Source of the DNA: Trichosphaerium sp. ATCC 40318
Taxonomy: Eukaryota; Protista; Tubulinea
Assembly (NCBI GenBank): GCA_038496445.1
Contig: JALMLS010000179.1
Location: 124,001-188,000 of the forward strand
Length of the DNA stretch: 64,000 nucleotides
Direction of reading: 5' to 3'
Position 1 is the first letter of the stretch, and each line of letters opens with the position of its first letter. The notes under the pieces were generated by a model. The model worked only from the letters and a program-made list of their open reading frames with translations. It was not told the origin of the DNA and did not search any database. This document shows positions 1-11,622 of the stretch, in pieces. The translations under genes were made by a program, and so were the position numbers.

Positions 1-74
1 TAGACTAAGTAGTTATGTTCTACGATTTAAGAAATATGTTTATTCAAGCAACGAGTGTTGAGCTGAAAGGGATT

Positions 75-1762
75 TCAAAAGAATCCAATCCACAAGTGGA
101 AAATAACAGCTCGTGTTGGTCCTATCCATGCAAAAGGTGTGTAACCTTGACAATAATTACTAAAGGCTTTATCAGTTCTGTTGTCTGTTTCAGCATCAAA
201 GAAATATTGAGGGTGCGGGTTTGCAAACTTCCATTCAACACTATTAGATAGGAACGCTTGCAAATAGTGATCGCCAATATCCTCATTCTTGAAGGGATCT
301 ACTTCAGCTATTGCGGCATCAACTAATTCTTTGAATTGATCTTCAATCTTAGATATAAGATGATTGTATTCTTCTTCGTTTTCTTCTTTTTTGTTTTTAC
401 GTAATATATCATGTACTGTGTAACTTTCAAGAGGTATGAGCTTTCTAAGGGTTCTCAAGGGAAAAGAATCAAATCCTTTAGAGCGAATAGAGTTGTACTC
501 TTTCCACTCGAAGAACCCTTTTTCTGGAGGTGAAAAATTTATCTTTGAAACTTCATCTGTATCATCAAGACTAGGTTCAATAGAGTCGTCGTTATCTTCC
601 TCTTCATCATTTTCTTTTGGGTCATAAGGGGTATCACCAGGATACTCAAGGCTTTTCCAGAGGTGGCCGTACTTCTCCAACAACTTTTCTCGGATATCTT
701 TTGGTGACTTAAGGTATTCGTCATATTTGCACCACATCCTTTCTTTTCTGGGTGTATTTTGTGGTTCAGGTGGGAAATCAGGATATTTCAAATCATGTAG
801 ATGCGATGGATCCCTTGGCTTGGAGTTGATCTCTACTAATAGTTTTCTTTCTGATATACAATGATTGTACTCATGAATGCGTTGTTCAATATTAAAAGCA
901 TCAACAAAATCAACTTCATTAATATTATCAAATGCATCATCACCGTGAAAATAGCCAAGCTGTTTAAGATTATCTAAAAACGCTTCATTTTAGCAAGGTG
1001 AAGTGGTGTTTTTTGAGCGAGATTTAATCGAAATGTTTTCTTGTTTTTTTCTTTTTTAAATGTTCAGTTGACTATTCCAAAAATGTGAACATACCTTGAG
1101 TAAATATATCTTCAATATTTTCAATGTTAATATTGTTATACTCATACACTGCAGTGTCTATCAAGTAAAGCGGTCCTTGATCGTTTCCTTTCCCGTACGC
1201 TTTAAAAAGAAAGAAATTAGAACTTTTTTCGAAATGAAATTGAGTGTTCTTAGAAACGTGCAGTGAAGTGTTCTGTACAAATCATGAACAAGCATATGTA
1301 TACGTGGTGTGTAAACTCTGTTCCATACTTTACCATCTTTGAACAATATGGGGCCTTGTTTTTTCAATTTAATCTGAGTATCGAGGTATTTCAGTTTTTT
1401 TGCGAAACTGAGATACCAAGGTTCCTTTTCATCGGTTCTGATTGCTGTAAATAGACATTAGATACACTAGGTATTCCGTTGAAGTACGTTTATCTCCATA
1501 AAGCGCTTTTGTAAGCGGTTTCCATATAGAGTCATCCAAAGCGAGCTTAACTGCCTTTAGCCTTTCTGATATGATTAAAGGATGTACAGTAACGTACTGA
1601 AGCGTATTCTTTACATGTAAGCGCGAAATTACCAACTTCATTTGCTCTAAGATAAGAGAGGACGTTCATCATAGGTAAAGAAGGTACATGCTGTACAGAA
1701 GTGGGCTGGTTATTTGTAATGACAACCGTAGTCTTTATTCGCTTCTCTGGAGCTCCTTGCAT
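75..1762 (-). CDS. F-box protein, spliced, with an acidic C-terminal region of unknown family
   Basis: ATG at 1762. Splicing gtacgt...taag gives LPMMNVLSYLRANEVGNFALTCKEYAS|LALDDSIWKPL (F-box pattern). A later in-phase gtatgt...gaag junction (TQ|AFLD) joins the long terminal exon containing ORF 75..791. Confidence 0.7.
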
Positions 1763-2269
1763 TGTTTGTCACTGCTACTTGGCTCAGTCAAAACTATTCT
1801 TTAACCAATCACCTGGTGAGAGACTAGTTTAATTATTTCTATTTCTGCTAAAAAAAGTGTATACACAAAATAAAAAGCCATCGGGAGCAGTTAGAACTTC
1901 TAAACACCATGTGGTGCCATTGTAAAAACAGCGAAAAAACAAGGTATCAACTGGCCATTCTTAAAATTGTCTTACCTCAATCCAACTACCAAGTGTGGTG
2001 AGGACATTGTAGTTAATTGGTTTACATTAGAAGTTGGGCGCTAAGGCGTTTGCCATTCCTTCTGGCCTTTATATTATGACAAGTTATCATGAAAGACAAT
2101 ACCGTGGAGTGTTACCTCTAACAAAATTAAACGCCGTATAGTTCCACCTCACTCCAACAGCGAGTGTGTTATTTCTGTTGTAAGATGATACACATAAGTT
2201 CACAAAAGGGAAAAAGAAATGTTTTTTTTTGAAACAATAAATAAGGATTTTTACAGCAGCTTTCTTTTT

Positions 2270-3183
2270 CATTATGACGATATTCTGAGGACATCAAAGT
2301 CATTTCGTTGCGTCAGTTGATCTATACTGATTGGTATTGCCCTCGGAGATGAAGTGATGTTTCTAGGATATGATTCTATTGTTGAGTTGTATGTAGTTGA
2401 CTGTCGAGTATTGAAAAAAAAGAGTTCGAATCGCTCTTCGCTTCTGCTTCAACTTTTCCTGGGATAAAAAGTGGTTGTGGTTTTACAACACCTGACCGTG
2501 ATAGACGCGCACGTTTGCGTTTGTGTATATGTGCCTTGATGTCACTATTCTTTTGGATGTCAGATGACTCTGGTGGAGTTGGTTTTTTTCGTTTAAAGTT
2601 AAAGTTTGTACAGAACTTTGGCACTTCGATTTGTTGGTGATGAAGTGGTGAACATTGTGTAGGATGTCTCATACGATCTTTCAATAATACCAGAGAGTTT
2701 CTTAACACACTTATCGTTTTCTAAACAATAATAAGGTGAGGATCTATTCAGTTTTTTTTGTTTTTTTCAGATAACATAGTTTGATGTCTTGTGAAGAACA
2801 TGTGATTAATTACCTGTTGTTCAGATATCGTTTTTTGGTGTGATGCGATATTTTTTTCAAGTTGATGTCTTTTGGATTCGCTCACAATCGCACGTGCTCT
2901 CCATAGATCAACGTTCTTTGTTATCTTTGATACTTCATGTTTGCTGTATTGTTTTTTTGTTTTTGTCATCTTGTTTTGATTTTCTAGGAGTAGTCAGTTT
3001 TGTCTCGGTGGTATTGGGTTTTAAAATAATACCTATGCTCACTGCAAGCTTATACAGGCTCTCAGGGATATCAAAATCTAAACCTGAGGTTGGGTCTGTC
3101 AGTACAATAATGTCGTCGTTTCTTTGAGCGTTCTAAATAGATAGAGTTAGTATTATAACGAGTTTACGTGGAGTTCTTGCCAT
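2270..3183 (-). CDS. Hypothetical coiled-coil/basic protein, spliced, both ends uncertain
   Basis: In-phase exons NAQRNDDIIVLTDPTSGLDFDIPESLYKLAVSI|ENQNKMTKTKK...EQQ|KTISVLRNSL link ORFs 2748..2969 and 2376..2708. No recognisable domain. Confidence 0.4.
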
Positions 3184-4590
3184 TGTATTGGGTTTTGTTG
3201 TTAGTATGAACCTAGGGCACTCGTCACATCAAATAAAGGAACTTCCACAAATTTGCTTTGTGATGCAGTGACTCACATGCACTGAATCCGTGCTATCCCA
3301 GAACCATTGTTTCAGTTGTCTCCGCTTTGTGAGTTTTTACCTTGATGAAATAAAGTGGTACGATTATAAGTATGCCTTCATCGCAATAAACTCTTTTACT
3401 TGTTTAAAGCTTCGAGGTTTTTCACGACGGTCTCATTTCACTTAACTTTCCTTAAAGATAGTCACTGTTTTAATGATCTATAAAACAACATAGAGATACT
3501 AATGTTCTTTGGTTATGAATACAAGCAATATTCATATTCATTGCCCCGTAAGCCATATTCATTAATATTCATTCGTGAATATTCATGGGCCTTCGGTGAG
3601 TCAGGATTTTGAGGAGCTTTTTGGATTGTAGCACCTAGCGATGTTCCAGATGGATAGATTTAACAAGTTGTATTTGAAAAAAAAAATTCTCAATTTTCTC
3701 AAGCTTTTATGATGGTGAGACAAAACGGCACAAATTAGTACTGTCCTAAAACCATTTCTTTACATCCTCACATCGTCTGAGACTTTTTTTTTTTATAGCG
3801 ATAGAACGAACTACAAAATTATGTTAAAATATGTTTTACCTCGAGCGCTGGCTATTTCTACGCATGGAAAGTACTAAAAAGTGTTTTTTTTTGCAAAACA
3901 ATAGAGCTAGCTTTTTATATTGAAACTTCAAAAATAACAGTACTTGGTTGCAATGTCAAGTCAGGTGTTGTAGATACAGGCTTGGCATTGTTGGTTCACC
4001 CTCATCTGATGTATCACTGGCTATTGAACATAAAAGAATAATATGTAACACAAATGAATCAACCAAACCGCATTTTAGACGTTGAACAGTTGTCATAGTC
4101 TTATTCCTCAATCAGGTATTGATCACTACAGTACCCACAACAGCGTTCACCGACAGAATTTGTCAGTATTGGAATCAAGATACACTCTTTAAAACGTACT
4201 GAATAGTATATAGGATTAACTGGCTACTTATATAGCGTTGGCGGTCTTTTGGGGCGTGTAGCTGAGTGATCTAGGACGCTGTAATTTTCTCGCAAGGACC
4301 TAGTCAGATCTTTTTGGTGTTGTGAGTTTGTTTGCTAGGAATCAACGAAGTAATAGTTGCGAAAGCCAAGCACTCATAAGCAAGGGATTAGGCCTGAAAT
4401 AACGCTATTTGAGTTAGCGATTCGCCTGATTTTTAGAGACGGCTAGTGAACAGTAGACCTAGTGCAACTCTGCAAGCTATCCATTAGTATCCTTTATGGA
4501 GCACTTTACGTGAGCATAAGAGCAGAATGTCACGTGCGCGGTACAATTGGGAGTGGCCTTTCAAAAGTAGGCTTAACGTAAAATTAAATA

Positions 4591-4956
4591 GTGTTATTCA
4601 TGAGTGAAGAGAATATGAACAACCTTAGAGTGGTCCAGAGTGGTAGATCTCATGGACGTATGTCGTCCATTGTTAGAGCGGAAGAAATGGCTGCAGTATG
4701 GGGAGTTAGCGAAGGTAATAAAGGTAATATGGAGTTTCGTACATCACAGGGATGGGTGATGAAAGGTATGGAGACGAAGGTTAAAAATATACTTGGACTG
4801 TCGGATGCAAAGGCAAAATCAGCGACAGGCATGATCAATGTAGCATACATCACGTTGTTATATCGTAAGTACAAGGCTAGATGTAGCAAAGAGGCAAAAA
4901 TACGTAGCGAAAGGGGAAGATCAGTTGGCAGAGGGTATTGGCGTAAATCTATGTAG
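4591..4956 (+). mobile_element. Possible 3' remnant of a non-LTR retrotransposon ORF2
   Basis: Intronless, G-rich ORF unlike host genes, ending in a LLYRKYKARC motif reminiscent of LINE C-terminal domains. It is followed by a UTR-like tract with an AAGGAGG/CCTCCTT hairpin. No RT motifs are present. Confidence 0.3.
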
Positions 4957-5202
4957 ACTGGGAGGCACATGGTTAAACAATCAGTCAAGGATGTGAATGG
5001 ATGCGGAGACTATGTAAGAGGCGTCAGGTTTTTATGCCAGGGGGCTTTTCCTGAGAAGGAGGTTTTCGGTTGTTTCCTCCTTATTTCACTACTTTCTTTT
5101 ATTTTTTATTTTTATTTTGTGAGTTTTGGCTCTAGTAGCCGTGTCGGGTGGTTTGGCGCTTTTCTCATAGCGGCGTTTTCTGCGCCCTGAAAGTCAACCC
5201 GT

Positions 5203-5411
5203 GGGCCAGCACAGTTTTTGCACAAAGCTTACAATTTGTCAAAATTGTAGAAATTGCAGAAATTGTTAATTCAGTGGTGAGAAAAGGTATTGCCAGTGCT
5301 GCCAATTTATTTTCTACCTTGTAATTTTAGGTATTTTCGCAATTTCTCTAATTTTAGGCAATTCGGCAAATTGTACAAATTGTACAAATTACACAAAAAC
5401 TGTGCTGCCCC
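5203..5411. mobile_element. MITE-like element of about 200 bp with terminal inverted repeats
   Basis: CAGCACAGTTTTTG (5207-5220) and its exact reverse complement CAAAAACTGTGCTG (5394-5407), flanked by GGG/CCC. The interior is non-coding with repeated AAATTG units. No clear TSD. Confidence 0.55.
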
Positions 5412-5545
5412 AGACAATAAACAATAACAAACAAACAAACAATAAATAGTGTTATTCAGGTCAAATCCGAGCTAGCAAGCACAGAAAAAATATGACGATT
5501 ATGACTATCAAAAATAGTCAGATTCTCTTGTTGTGAGTACATCTC

Positions 5546-8500
5546 ATGGGAAATGTACATACCAACTAGCACGTTAACGCTAATTACTGTGTAATAGTCG
5601 CACCACAAGCCTAATGCGAGTAAGAAATACCAGTTTGTACGCATGGAAGGTATTGTTACTCCTGAAATGCAAAAAACTCTTCTAAACGGTACGTTGATGC
5701 GATTTATTGTTATATTCAAGGTTAATAAGCCCCACGTAATATTCAACGCTTGAATGGCTTAAACTATTTATAAAAGGCATCTCTTACACTGCAAAAAGCT
5801 ACCCAAAAACGAAAAAAGTGGCTAACAAGACTTCTAACTACAAAAAATTATTTGTACGGGATTTTACCCAAAAGCGTATCCCAGAGTCCTTTAAGGACGT
5901 AATAAGCCCTATTTCATGGGAAGCGCATCAACAAGAACGTACGCTACCAGTTCAGGAGTCAAAAACGGTTTCAATGAATAAATATCAGATTAACTGTGCT
6001 TAAAAAAAACCGGTCTTTGCTTCCTTTTGATGCCTCTTTAGGAGCTATACCTAAAAATTATAATGCTATATGTACTACTTGTTATAGCTATGGTGATGGA
6101 GGTAAGCTTGGTGGTCATGTAGACTTTATACAGTGCGTACACAATCAAGTTTGTTACATTATTTTTTTGTAAAATTGTACTTTACTTGGAGGCCAGTAGT
6201 TCTTGCTTCCTTTTTTTTAATTGACTCTTCTGTGTTTTTTAGAGGATGGATTATGGTTATTTCGTTGGGTCGTAGTGCCGAGTTTTGGTACAAAGAGCCA
6301 GGTTGTGAGAAAGTCAGTAAGTGATGATTGATGAACACTCTTTTGGTTTTTTTTGGGTTTCGGCCTTCCTTTACACTTGTCTAACAATATCTTTAAGCGT
6401 TTACTGTAAAAAGTGGTGATGCTGTTATGTTCAATGGAAGTGCTGCTTGTGGTATTAAGCATGGTACATAGAAAGAAGACAAAGATATCTTTTTTTTGTT
6501 CAACTTTCTCTTTAGGTGTTTCATCAATCGGACCCAAGGATACATACCCAGATTACCTACCAGAGGAATTTTCATCTAAGAGGATTAGCTTACAATTTCG
6601 TAATGGCCCTAACAACGAAACCCCCGAACCGTCAGATGATGATGAGTGGTTTTATGACTTTCATTCGACTCGTGTTTGGAACATTTCAGCTGAGAGATTT
6701 GAAGCTGATAGTGAGTATACTTTACTCTTTTTTTTTCAAAGAATACTATATTCTAATCACGTGGTTTTAGTTTCTCCATCACATGATATCTCATTAGCAC
6801 TAGAACAATGTCATTTTTCAAAACTGGCACCAGAAATTTTGGAGTATTTTTGGGAGTATTCTTCGCTTACTTCTCTTCATTCTTGTGCTGCTACTTGTCA
6901 TAAATTAAGACATTCCATGTACGCTTTGAGATACTTGCCAAAGTGATTGTGTAATGGATTGTAGTTTGAGTATCAAGGAGTATGTTAAAGTCAGTGATAA
7001 GTTCTATCACTGCTTTCAAACGCTAGACTATTTGAGGTATCAGCCATGGACAGCATTTAAAGGGTAAGTTTTAGTGGCTTTATAGATTAATTTCTAACAC
7101 AATATAGGTGTGATTTAAAAGACAAGTGTGTAACAGTAGACATTGGGACAAACCAAGTGAGGTAAAGTTGTTTTTGAACCAAGGGAAAATCAGTTTATTT
7201 TATCATTGTTGCTAACTTGGCTTTGAAGGTTTGGTATGAACTTAAAGGATCAAAATAAACCTCCAAGGATAGTTACAATACCTTGTTTGGTTGGTAAGGA
7301 CCCTGAGACATCGGAAATTTACTATGGAGACAATGTAATCCTTAGGTAAGATAACTTCTTTGTTTGGTATCATCTAATATCTTTTCAAGAAGAAAAGAAC
7401 TTGAACTGTCAAGACCAGTTGTGAGTTGTGTGATAGAAGATTGGGATGCTATAACCCATCTATTAAAACAAGGGTTTCTCAAGCTAGGGATTATCACTGT
7501 TGATTGTGCAATAATGGTATCACTGCCTGATATGTCTTCGTGCGTGCTTTAATAAGCTCTGGTTTTTGTTACTAATTCATATCAGCAAGGAATCGCGATG
7601 TCGCATATGTGAAATCCTGTTTGATGAGTTCCAAGCTTTATCTATGTATGTAGCTAATTCCTCCTTATTGTCGTTAATAAAGTGTGGTACGTAATGCATG
7701 TTTATTGAAGTGTCTTAAAAGCTTTGTTTTTTTTTTCATTTGTTTTGGTTGCTTGGACAACCCTTTCAGCTAATGTAATTTGTCTTTAGAGGAGTCGACA
7801 GGGTTTATCACACATATAGGGGCCGATTTTAGTTACTCAGTATTAATTTATGAAGGGCGTCCGGAAAGAAAACCACTTGTCTATCCTGTTGGAGGAAATC
7901 ATATCTTTGATAAGTTTCTGTCTTTCCTCGACGAGGGAGATAAGGTATAAGTCATTCTTATGAACTTAGCTGTATTTTAATACTGTATAGGCAATAGTTG
8001 AAGAAGATCGGTTCATGCTTGAGCCTTGGTTCTTTGAAAACAAGTTTTCTGTTTCTCCTGAACCAAAAACAAGTGTTAACAAAAGTGTAAAGTCAACAGT
8101 TTCTCTTCCAAATGGAAAGAGTATAAGTGTTCCTGAAGGAGCTTTCGAAGCATGTTTTGATGTTTTATTTGAAGATGGAGAGTTTGCAAAGGTACATATT
8201 ACATTATGGTAGTTATAGCCATTGTTAACTAGATTTACTTAGATAGTCATAAAAAGTGGGCAACCGGTAATGTATGATCAAAACCATTTCAATCACTTTG
8301 TAGTAGGTGCGTTGTCTTTACCTTTAATGTAATAGTATTATGTTATCTAATGGAGATAATAAGGAGCTACTGCGGGTGTTGATGGAATGAAAGTAAGACT
8401 TGAAAGAGAAGTTGAAGCAGCTGGTAAAAAGGTGTGTTTTCTGCGGTTTTTTTTGTTGGAGCTAATGCAGTTTTAGATTAAAACTGTAGGATACGATACT

Positions 8501-8750
8501 AAGTCGAATTTATGGAATCTGGAAGGAGGAATAATGTTATCTTCTTTATCTACTTTTCAAAAAATGTGGTATGTCACAAATCTAAAATGAAAGACTTTCG
8601 TATTTTTTTCTTATTTTTTATTCCTTGACCCGACTTTATATTACATATTGCGTTGTGCGCACTTTGTTAATCTATTAATGTTTGTGTAGGGTATTTATAG
8701 AAGAATATAAAGACAGTGGACCAAAAATAGTAAACAGAAAATGTTTCTAA
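5546..8750 (+). CDS. Tri-domain protein: AlkB-like 2OG-Fe(II) dioxygenase + F-box + actin-related (ARP) domain, about 19 exons
   Basis: Spliced product: MGN|SHHK...YSYGDGGKLGGHVD...MVISLGRSAEF...VKSGDAVMFNG...HGV...RISLQFR (AlkB HxD/H/R motifs); LAPEILEYFWEYSSLTSLHSCAATCHKLR (F-box); VTVDIGTNQVRFG, IEDWD, EILFDEF, VLIYEG, GGIMLSSLSTFQKMW|VFIEEYKDSGPKIVNRKCF* (actin fold). All junctions are phase-consistent. Confidence 0.85.
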
Positions 8751-10958
8751 AAGCATTACTAGTAAACGGATCATCATTCGTTGTGTTGTTGTTGCTTGGC
8801 ACGCTGTCACTTGGGCTAGTGGTACTTGGTGCATCACCGCTTGGCTCATTGTCAGATGGCACATTAGTGCTTGGCACAGTGTCAGTTGGTACAGTATCAC
8901 TAGGCACAATGTTCTCCAATTCAAGAAAAGGACCCCAATATCCTCCATTTTCTATGGCCTTTTCACAAGCTTTAGGATCAGCTTCCTCGTAAGTTACTAT
9001 AAAAACATCCTGTGCTAGTTCCATAGATCGAGACATCATGCTTGTATGAATATCGGGTAGAGCTTGAGATAAGTCTTGGTGTTCTGTTGGGTCATCAAAG
9101 ATATTGTAAAGACAACCGTCTCTACAGGTTTGAGAGTCTTCTCTTTCGAGGTATTTCTCAGTGGCATTAGGGTATTGAGGTCCTGTCCAGCCTTTTATGT
9201 GTTAGAAGTTACAGTTGAGGGTTGTTGTTTAACAACAAAGCAAGATTTTGACTACATACCTGCGTAAGGCATATTTCCTAGAACGATTTTGTACTCTCCT
9301 GATATTAGGTTCACATGAGTAGGAGATCCTCCACCTCCAATAGTAACACTTGACAGCGGTATTTCTCCACGTGGGGAAGTAGTTGTTTCGCCTGAAATCA
9401 AACTAAAGGAAACTATGGGTAAAGTGTTTTCGTCTTCATGATTTTAATTTGGGTGTTCACGTACGGCCACATGTTAATACTGTCCACTGGAGGTAGACCC
9501 TCCTCGTTACCCTCGTGATCTATTGGATCAGCACCGCTTAGGTAGCAGAATGTAGCATACCAATCGCAAACGTGAATCAATCCTTCTTGTGTTGTTCCTC
9601 TCATTGTGTCGGGTAAAAATCCTCCTGAAACAATAGCTGTTGCTCTTATACCACCTTCCCAGTCGCTTCCTTTTGATCCTTTTAGAGGATAGTTATTACC
9701 TCCTCCGTCTGTTGTACTACCCCATGGTTCTTGCTGAGTTGGACTGTAGTTGTAAGATAAATAACAAGAGATTCATTCAACAACATACCCTCCGTTGTCA
9801 GCAGCGAAAATAAATACAGTGTTATCCCACAACCCATTATCTTTCAGAGCATCCGTTATGTTTCCAACGGATTCATCAAGGAATGTTACCATTCCTTGGT
9901 AGTACTTCCGTCTGTCATTATCAGGAGGGTTTGGATATCTATCAATGTATTCTTGAGGAACTTGAAGAGGTGCTAGAATAGTAGTAAGAACAAGTCACCA
10001 CAATTGAAAGCGTTACCATGAGGATTTTGTAGTGCAACATACATAAATAACGGGTCGTTGGGGTCATGGGCCTTTATAGTATCTATGGCAGCATTTGCAA
10101 ACGTGTACTCACTGTAAGTTCCGTTTAAACCGTAAGCAGGCTTATCAGTCTTAAGACGTTTGTTAAACAATGATGTGACATAGTATAAAGTACCTCCCAA
10201 AAGTCTACAAAGCTATCAGTGCATGCCAGAGATCTGATTTTCTGCGTATAATAATCAATAGCACCACTAAAATATCCAATAGAAGTATCAAAACCTCTTC
10301 CAGTAGGCGTGACGTCAGGGTAAGCCTAGCACACATTTAGAAAAAAAAAGAAAAAAAAACGTTTGGCTTGAACCAAAAATATCACGTGCCATCCCAATGT
10401 GCCACTTCCCTGCGTTTTACGTTATTTACAAGACAGTTGAAAATAAACATATTTAGAAGGTAGTTCAATAAAAGAATAAACTGTTTTCTTCTTACCATAA
10501 AAGTGAGTTGAATAGCCAACATCCTTGAGCTTCCGTGATATCATTGTCATATTCCTTGGTACACCTCCATTTGGAATAGTTATTGCAGTATTCTTTTCAT
10601 TCACGTGTATAGGTAGGCGACCAGACATTAGAGAAGAGCGTGTAGGAGAGCAAACCTGGTACATTACTTAAATTAACAAAATCTCTGTTTATCTTGGCAC
10701 TTGATACCTTATAGGCGTAGTGTCGTGATAATTCGACGCCATTATCTTTTAAGTCATTCAGAGCAGGTGAAATTATTCTCGAGTTGTGATAGCCTACATT
10801 ATACCAACCAAGGTCCTAGCAATTATAATTATAACTTGTAGCTAGCATAAGGGTTGTTTTTGTACATCAGCAAGAACGAGAACAATGTTGGGTTTAGACG
10901 ATTGGCAATAAACAGTGACACTTATTAACAGAACAAACAGGGAGCACAGCAGTTGCAT
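8695..10958 (-). CDS. Arylsulfatase (ARSB-like), secreted, probably GPI- or membrane-anchored
   Basis: Signal peptide MQLLCSLFVLLISVTVYC, then KPNIVLVLAD, CSPTRSSLMSGR (formylglycine motif), GKWHIG, DNGG, PLKGSKGSDWEGGIR. Ends in a Ser/Thr/Pro linker and a hydrophobic C-terminus. Confidence 0.92.
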
Positions 10959-11622
10959 TTATGGTATGGGTTTTAAACAATGACGTCATTTTATTCTGAA
11001 AAAAAAAGGCCGATATATTCGGGCATAATCAAGCGCACGTGATTCAAAAACACTTTATAGTCACGTGACAAAGTGAGTTTCGTAAACCTACCTCAATGCA
11101 AAATACTGACTACTTAAAACCCTACGGTGATTCGTATGAGTACTGTTACCAAAGAATTTTCCTTCTCTTAGTCTTTTCTGCTGTGGACTGGCCAGTATTG
11201 CTAAGAGCGTTTTTGTGACCTATGAAATTAAAAAGTTTTGGCCGAAACTGTCGGTACAGACAAGTTGTACACAATTGAGTTCCATTTGTTGTCGAAACTG
11301 TTCCCAATCGATGACTAAGCAGAAAGTCGACTCAATTGGTTTTAGCGCTAGTAAGTAATCTTTATTATTACAAAATGTGACTTAACTTACTGATTAATTG
11401 CACTTAAACCGCAATTATGGACTTTTGTTCTCAAATCAATAGTTTTATTGAACAGCTTTACTAAAGTACTGGATTAATACCTAGCCCAATCATTCTACTT
11501 GATAAAGTACTTACAAAAGAATGTGCTAACGTCTTTTTTACAATTTTATTTCTGTACAAGTTAGTCATTTCTTCTGTCTGTATAGGTGTTTTTACTTCGT
11601 TTGTCCTCTTAAATATACACTA

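Noticed and set aside
1960-2200. Exon-like minus-strand fragments (NNTLAVGVRWNYTAFNFVRGNTPR)
   Set aside because: There is an in-frame stop, and I could not link them to a start codon or a family.
3525-3590. Clustered ATATTCAT repeats
   Set aside because: Short and AT-rich with no matching element end found, so not supportable as a feature.
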